Assembly: GCA_022071955.1 (NCBI GenBank)
Contig: JAJVIM010000042.1
Location: forward strand, 1-64,000
DNA: 64,000 nt
Reading direction: 5' to 3'
From: Anaerolineae bacterium
Lineage (GTDB): Bacteria > Chloroflexota > Anaerolineae > 4572-78 > J111
Shown here: positions 59,246 through 64,000 of the stretch, piece by piece
Layout of the letters: every line of letters begins with the position of its first letter
Position numbering within the stretch: position 1 is the stretch's first letter
Position numbers and translations under genes: made by a program
Notes under the pieces: generated by a model
The model's input: only the letters and a program-made list of their open reading frames with translations
The model's database searches: none
What the model was told of the DNA's origin: nothing

Positions 59246-62200
59246 TTAAACGGGGAGCGGCAGGGTAAATGTAAAAATGCTACCCTGGCCGGTTTCGCTT
59301 TCGGCCCAGATTTTGCCGCCGTGCGCTTCAACAATCTGTTTGGCAATGTGCAGCCCCAGCCCGGTGCCCATCGGCGAGCGGTGGCTTCTGTTGCTCACCT
59401 GATAGTAGCGGGAAAAAATGCTTTCCAGCGCCTCGGCCGGAATACCGATGCCGTTGTCTTTCACCGAAACACGCACCTCGTCATTGCCAAGTTCGGCGGT
59501 AATCAAAATTTGTTCGTTGGCCGGCGAAAATTTGATGGCGTTGCCAATGAGATTATTCAGCACCTGTTCCAGCCGGTGGCTGTCGCCGATAATCACCGGG
59601 ATGGTCGCCGCCAGATTGGTGACAACTTTTACCTGCTGCTGGTGCGCGTAGCCCTGCAATTTTAAAATTGTCTGGTTGATCACATCCACCACCGACACCG
59701 GCTTTTGCTCCAGCACCAGTTTGCCATCTTCCAATTTAGAAATATCCAGCAGATTGTTGACCATTTCACTCAACTGGATGGCCTGACGCTGGATGGTGTT
59801 TAAAAATTCGGTGCGGGTTTCAACATCAAGTTCCGGTTCTTCCATCATAATCTGGGCAAAACCCTGAATGGAAAACAGCGGCGTGCGCAGCTCGTGGGAA
59901 ATGGTTGAGAAAAAGTCGTCCTTGAGCTGGTCCAGCTCGCGCTCTTTGGTCACATCGTGGACAACTCTCACTTCGCCGGCGGGGTGACGGGCGTTGTCGG
60001 TGATGATGGTTGAAAAGATTTGCAGCGTGCGCGGCCGCGGTGAGTCGATGTTTACTTCCTGGGCCAGCACGCCGGTGCGGGCCACCTGATGGGCCGTGGT
60101 GGCGGCCACCTTGGCCAGATTGGGGTGCAGGTTGTTGGCGTAAATATTTTGGCCTACAATCTGGCCGCGTTGCAACCCCAACATCATGGCCAGCGTGGAA
60201 TTACAGGTGATGATGGTGCCTTTGCGGTCAATCAACAGCAAGCCATCGGCCATGTGCTGAATCACCGCCTGCATCTGTTTTTGCTCGTTGGAGATTTTGG
60301 TAAACAGCCGCGCGTTTTCAATGCTGATGCCCACCTGGGTCGCGGCAATAGTCAGCAGTCGTTCCTGGTCAACACTAAAGGCATTGGGCGAGCTGTCATC
60401 AAGGTTAATGGTGCCGATGACTTTGCCGTGCGCCACCAGCGGCACCACCAATAACGATTTAACCGTTTCATCAAAAACCACGTAGCTGGGGTCCTGGGAG
60501 GTGTCCGGGATAAAAATGGTCCGGTTTTCGGCGGCGGCGCGGCCGGCAGCTCCTTCGCCCAACTGGAGTTTGGCCATTTTGCGCCAGTGCGGTTTTAGCC
60601 CGTCGGCGGCCCTGACTTCAAGCTGTTTTTCCTGCTCGTCCAGCAGAAAGATGGTGCAGGCCCGGCAGCCGGTCACTTCCCGCATCGATTTGACCACGGA
60701 GTTGAGCACTTCGTCAAGGTTTAGCGTTGAGGCAATCTGCTGGGCCATGGTGTACAGCATGCTCACCTCGTTGAGGCGATTGACCATTTCATCAAACATG
60801 CGGGCCTGTTCAATGGCGATGGCCGTTTGGGTGGCCAGAATCCGGCAAAACTGAATATCTTCCGGCGAAAAGGTGCGGTTGGGGTTTTTGTCGTAAATTT
60901 CAATGAGGCCGGCAATTTTGGATTTGGACTCAAAGGGAATGGCCAGCACCACGCTCCATTTTGATTCGGTGGTGGGTTTTTTGCCGCTGGGAATCCGCCA
61001 GATGAGGTTTTTGGTAGTGGTGGTGCTGGATTTTTGGGCGCGGCTGATGGCCGGCCGGGCTACTTTGAGCGTTTGCCGGGCGATGGGGTCTTTGGCAATG
61101 GGCGTGGCCACATTGAGCGGCCGCCACGTGTGCGATGGGTTGCCGGGGTGGCGCAGCACGTATTCGGCCAGGGCGGTGATGGTGTTGTATTTCTGGTTGA
61201 TCTGGCAGATAACGCAGGCCCCGGCTTCCATCACCAGCGTAATTTTCTGGCTCATTTGCCGCAGTACGTTGTCTACATTTGAGGCCGCGCCCAAACTCAC
61301 AATGGTATCGTAAATTAATGATTGCTCGCGGGCGTAACGTTTGAGGGTATCCTGCAGCCCCAGGTTTTCGGCGGTCATGGCCAGGTGATTGGCCAGCGAT
61401 TGCAGCACTTTTTGGTCATCGTCGGTAAAGGCATCGAGCTGATCGCTTTGAATATCGAGCACGCCAATCAGCCGGCGGGGCGTGAGCAGCGGCACAGCGA
61501 CCTCTGAGCGGGTATTGGGCAGCGACGGGTGCGGGCTAAACAGGCTGGTGTCGGCCACATTGTTGAGCAGCAGCGGCTGGCCGGTGGCGGCCACGCGGCC
61601 GGGCACACCTTCTTCCAGCTTAATCCAGATCATATCGGCCGGGGCAAACTGGCGGTTGGTCCAGGCGGCGTGGCGGAGTTGCAGCTCCTGTTTGGTCATC
61701 GGCATCACAAATATGTTGACGGTGGCAAAGCCAAAAATGCGCTGCACCAGTTGGACAACCTGATCAAACAGCATGTCCTGATCTACTCCGCCGGAAATCC
61801 TTCGATCCAGTTCGGAAACGGTTTGCAAATAGAGCGCCTGCCGGGTGAGCGAGCCGGTTTGCGGCAGCGCTTTTCGTTCTGCGGAAATTTGGGCTGCGGC
61901 CCGGAGAATGCGGTTTTGGATTTCAATCATACTTTGCCAGTCGTTGGAGTCAAGCTGACTGGCGTTGGTTTTGGCCGCCTCAAAGGTGGCGTTCAACAAA
62001 TCGGACAGCAACACCCAATCGCTCAGCGATTGGTCACCGCTTTTGGGCATCTTGAGTAACTGCACAACATATTTGGGCAGTTGCTCCGGCGCGGTGGCGG
62101 CGGCGTGCAGCAGGCTGAGCCAATCGCTCAGATTGGGCGTGGGCTGGCTGGCCGGAACACTCAAAAGATGGTCGGCCCATGAGGTGCGCAGCGAGTCAAA

Positions 62201-62281
62201 AACTTTGGGCACCCAACTTTCAAGATTAGCATCCGGCGAGTTGTACTTGCTTGACAGTGGCACGTTTGCAGACATAGGCAT
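59246..62281 (-). CDS. Multi-sensor histidine kinase (multiple GAF and PAS domains, HisKA, HATPase_c)
   Basis: H-box ISHELRTPL, N/G1/G2 boxes at the C-terminus, about 1011 aa. Confidence 0.8.
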   Translation of the reverse strand: MPMSANVPLSSKYNSPDANLESWVPKVFDSLRTSWADHLLSVPASQPTPNLSDWLSLLHAAATAPEQLPKYVVQLLKMPKSGDQSLSDWVLLSDLLNATFEAAKTNASQLDSNDWQSMIEIQNRILRAAAQISAERKALPQTGSLTRQALYLQTVSELDRRISGGVDQDMLFDQVVQLVQRIFGFATVNIFVMPMTKQELQLRHAAWTNRQFAPADMIWIKLEEGVPGRVAATGQPLLLNNVADTSLFSPHPSLPNTRSEVAVPLLTPRRLIGVLDIQSDQLDAFTDDDQKVLQSLANHLAMTAENLGLQDTLKRYAREQSLIYDTIVSLGAASNVDNVLRQMSQKITLVMEAGACVICQINQKYNTITALAEYVLRHPGNPSHTWRPLNVATPIAKDPIARQTLKVARPAISRAQKSSTTTTKNLIWRIPSGKKPTTESKWSVVLAIPFESKSKIAGLIEIYDKNPNRTFSPEDIQFCRILATQTAIAIEQARMFDEMVNRLNEVSMLYTMAQQIASTLNLDEVLNSVVKSMREVTGCRACTIFLLDEQEKQLEVRAADGLKPHWRKMAKLQLGEGAAGRAAAENRTIFIPDTSQDPSYVVFDETVKSLLVVPLVAHGKVIGTINLDDSSPNAFSVDQERLLTIAATQVGISIENARLFTKISNEQKQMQAVIQHMADGLLLIDRKGTIITCNSTLAMMLGLQRGQIVGQNIYANNLHPNLAKVAATTAHQVARTGVLAQEVNIDSPRPRTLQIFSTIITDNARHPAGEVRVVHDVTKERELDQLKDDFFSTISHELRTPLFSIQGFAQIMMEEPELDVETRTEFLNTIQRQAIQLSEMVNNLLDISKLEDGKLVLEQKPVSVVDVINQTILKLQGYAHQQQVKVVTNLAATIPVIIGDSHRLEQVLNNLIGNAIKFSPANEQILITAELGNDEVRVSVKDNGIGIPAEALESIFSRYYQVSNRSHRSPMGTGLGLHIAKQIVEAHGGKIWAESETGQGSIFTFTLPLPV

Positions 62282-62531
62282 TTTGGTGGGCTTACTTTAT
62301 CGGGCTGAGAAATATCGCAGAAGCAGCGAATTGTTGGAAAGTTTCAGGAATTTTACCACACTGGCGTTGATTACACAACGAGTCCGTTTGGTACATTCGG
62401 CGGATGGCACTTTGGACGAACCACCCCCATGCATGTTATAATGCCCCGCTGAGTTAAGCGTTTGCGCCGGCAAACTGGTTTGCGGGAACACGGCGCAGCG
62501 CATTTTGAAATGAATGGGATGTTTGAGAAAA

Positions 62532-63200
62532 ATGACGCGTTTGAGATTATTGTTGTTTGTGCTGGTTTTGCCGGTTTTGGCCTGTGGCCCGGCGGTAAGT
62601 ATCAGGGTAACGCCCACACCGACCAAAACCCCAAGAATTGTTAAAACCTTACCGCCGCTGCCAACCGCGACGCAGCCCGTAATTATTTTACCCACCGATA
62701 CCCCGCTGCCCACGCCCACTGATACGCCGACGCCGGAGCCAACCGCTACCGATACCCCCACCCCGGAACCCACCGCCACGGATACGCCCGTGCCGCCGCC
62801 AACGCAACCACCGCCACCGCCGCCCACGGATACGCCCGTGCCGCCGCCCACCGAAGCGCCTGCACCGCAACCGACTTCGCCGCCGCCACCCCCGCCTAGT
62901 TCCGGGCCGGTGGTGGTTATCAGCCTGCCAGATGGCGACACCTACAAAACCGGCGACAAGGTTAAATTTGATATTACGGTTTCTGATCCCGATGGTGTAA
63001 AAAGTTTTACCTGGGGCGTGTTTACGCAAAACCAATCGCCGGTTGGTTTGGGCGGCGATAAAGGCTGCGGTAACGCCACCCAATGCACCCTCTCAGATAA
63101 ATTTGAGGCCAAACTGCCCGGCATCTTCTTTTTGGGTGTCGATGCGCTGGACACCGCCGGCAATACTGTTCGCGAAGTGAAGCAGATTTATGTAGGCTGA
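62532..63200 (+). CDS. Secreted lipoprotein with Pro/Thr-rich linker and C-terminal Ig-like domain
   Basis: Lipobox LACG; PTPEPTATDTP tandem coding repeats. Confidence 0.6.
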   Translation: MTRLRLLLFVLVLPVLACGPAVSIRVTPTPTKTPRIVKTLPPLPTATQPVIILPTDTPLPTPTDTPTPEPTATDTPTPEPTATDTPVPPPTQPPPPPPTDTPVPPPTEAPAPQPTSPPPPPPSSGPVVVISLPDGDTYKTGDKVKFDITVSDPDGVKSFTWGVFTQNQSPVGLGGDKGCGNATQCTLSDKFEAKLPGIFFLGVDALDTAGNTVREVKQIYVG

Positions 63201-63212
63201 TGATTCGGCTTC

Positions 63213-64000
63213 ATGTCTAAACTCACCTATTTTGCGTTTCGCCTGGGGGGAGGATTGATTTCCAAAACGCCGCCGGCTTTGGGGTATGCCATTTGCCGGG
63301 GCGCGGCGGCGGCGTTGTACCGGTTTAACCCCACCGGCCGCCGGGTTATCGAACTGAACCTGTCCCGGATTATGGGGCCAGATTGCCCCCCGGCCGAAAT
63401 CCAGCGCCGGACCCGGTTGGCGTTTAACAACATTTTATATAACTATTTTGATCTGTTTAGATTGCCTGCCCTCACTGATGAGGCAGTAGACCGGTTAGTT
63501 ACGGTTGAAGGCTGGGAAAATGTGGAGGCCGCTCTGGCCGAGGGCAAAGGCATAGTGATGACCTCGGCTCATCTGGGCAACATCGAAGTGGTGCTGTACG
63601 CCATGCTGCGCCGTGGCCTGCAAATTACCATCCCGGTTGAACGGACAGAGCCGCCAGAATTGTTTGATTACCTCTCGCAATTACGGATGAGCAAAGGGTT
63701 AAAGCTGATCCCCATCGATGGCCCGCTGCTCCATTTGATCCGCACGCTGAAAAAAGGCGGCGTGGCCGGTTTGGCCGGCGATCGGGATATTACCGCTACC
63801 GGCCAAACCGTAGAATTTTTTGGCCACCCGGCCCGCCTGCCCGATGGTCACATTCGGCTGGCGTTGAAAACAGGCGCGCCGCTGGTCATCGGTTTTAGCC
63901 AGCGCCGGCCAAACCACACCTATCACGCCTATTTTTTGCCGCCGTACCACCCGCCCGCAACCGGTACCGACGAAGAGCGTGTGACCGCCGGCTTGCAGCA
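63213..64000 (+). CDS. Lysophospholipid acyltransferase, LpxL/HtrB family (3' truncated by window edge)
   Basis: Not in the ORF track because it has no stop in the window; acyltransferase HX4D-type region TSAHLGNIE. Confidence 0.7.
   Translation, partial: MSKLTYFAFRLGGGLISKTPPALGYAICRGAAAALYRFNPTGRRVIELNLSRIMGPDCPPAEIQRRTRLAFNNILYNYFDLFRLPALTDEAVDRLVTVEGWENVEAALAEGKGIVMTSAHLGNIEVVLYAMLRRGLQITIPVERTEPPELFDYLSQLRMSKGLKLIPIDGPLLHLIRTLKKGGVAGLAGDRDITATGQTVEFFGHPARLPDGHIRLALKTGAPLVIGFSQRRPNHTYHAYFLPPYHPPATGTDEERVTAGLQ

Noticed and set aside
62297-62941. 214-aa Gly-rich minus-strand ORF
   Set aside because: Antisense of the Pro/Thr-rich coding repeats of the lipoprotein gene. A compositional artefact.

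Overview
High-GC bacterial chromosomal window of 64 kb. The codon usage and the architectures present (many WD40 and TolB-propeller signalling proteins, GAF-rich sensors) are typical of Chloroflexi-like or other filamentous, multicellular bacteria.

The 5' end is the conserved tuf-rpmG-secE-nusG-rplK-rplA-rplJ-rplL ribosomal cluster, including a recognisable L10-leader attenuator. The rest is mixed housekeeping and accessory content, in window order:
- a fused mannose-1-P guanylyltransferase/phosphomannomutase, an SCO1 protein, a MenH-like hydrolase and a MacB-type ABC pair;
- a low-GC islet carrying an SPFH/band-7 membrane protein and a small orphan ORF;
- two cation/proton antiporters and gatA/gatC;
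- an NfeD protease, MFS transporters, an acyl-CoA ligase and a REC-GAF regulator;
- a LacI-controlled sugar ABC transporter with a GH3-PA14 beta-glucosidase;
- two tandem Zn-ribbon Ser/Thr kinases with TolB-like propellers;
- ppdK, an M23 peptidase, a Sir2 deacylase and a multi-GAF histidine kinase.

The most striking element is a tandem pair of very large paralogous STAND NTPases at 27579-35705 (about 1350 aa each). Each has a conserved N-terminal helical domain, a TIR domain, an NB-ARC (Apaf-1-type) ATPase and about 12-13 WD40 repeats. They appear to be co-transcribed with a small RpiB-family gene. This is an NLR/Apaf-1-like architecture and is a plausible candidate for an uncharacterised conflict (antiphage or programmed-cell-death) system. 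Copy 2 has a canonical TIR signature; copy 1 has a degenerate one, with a putative catalytic Glu replaced by Gln.

At the DNA level there are several unexplained repeat families:
- a composite GC-rich multi-hairpin/G-quadruplex element present at least twice;
- a CU-rich anti-SD-like 5' leader present in inverted orientation 6 kb apart;
- tandem operator-like palindromes;
- mutually exclusive terminator/antiterminator hairpins upstream of an antiporter;
- a long imperfect inverted repeat between convergent genes.

No rRNA, tRNA, CRISPR array or transposase was recognised.
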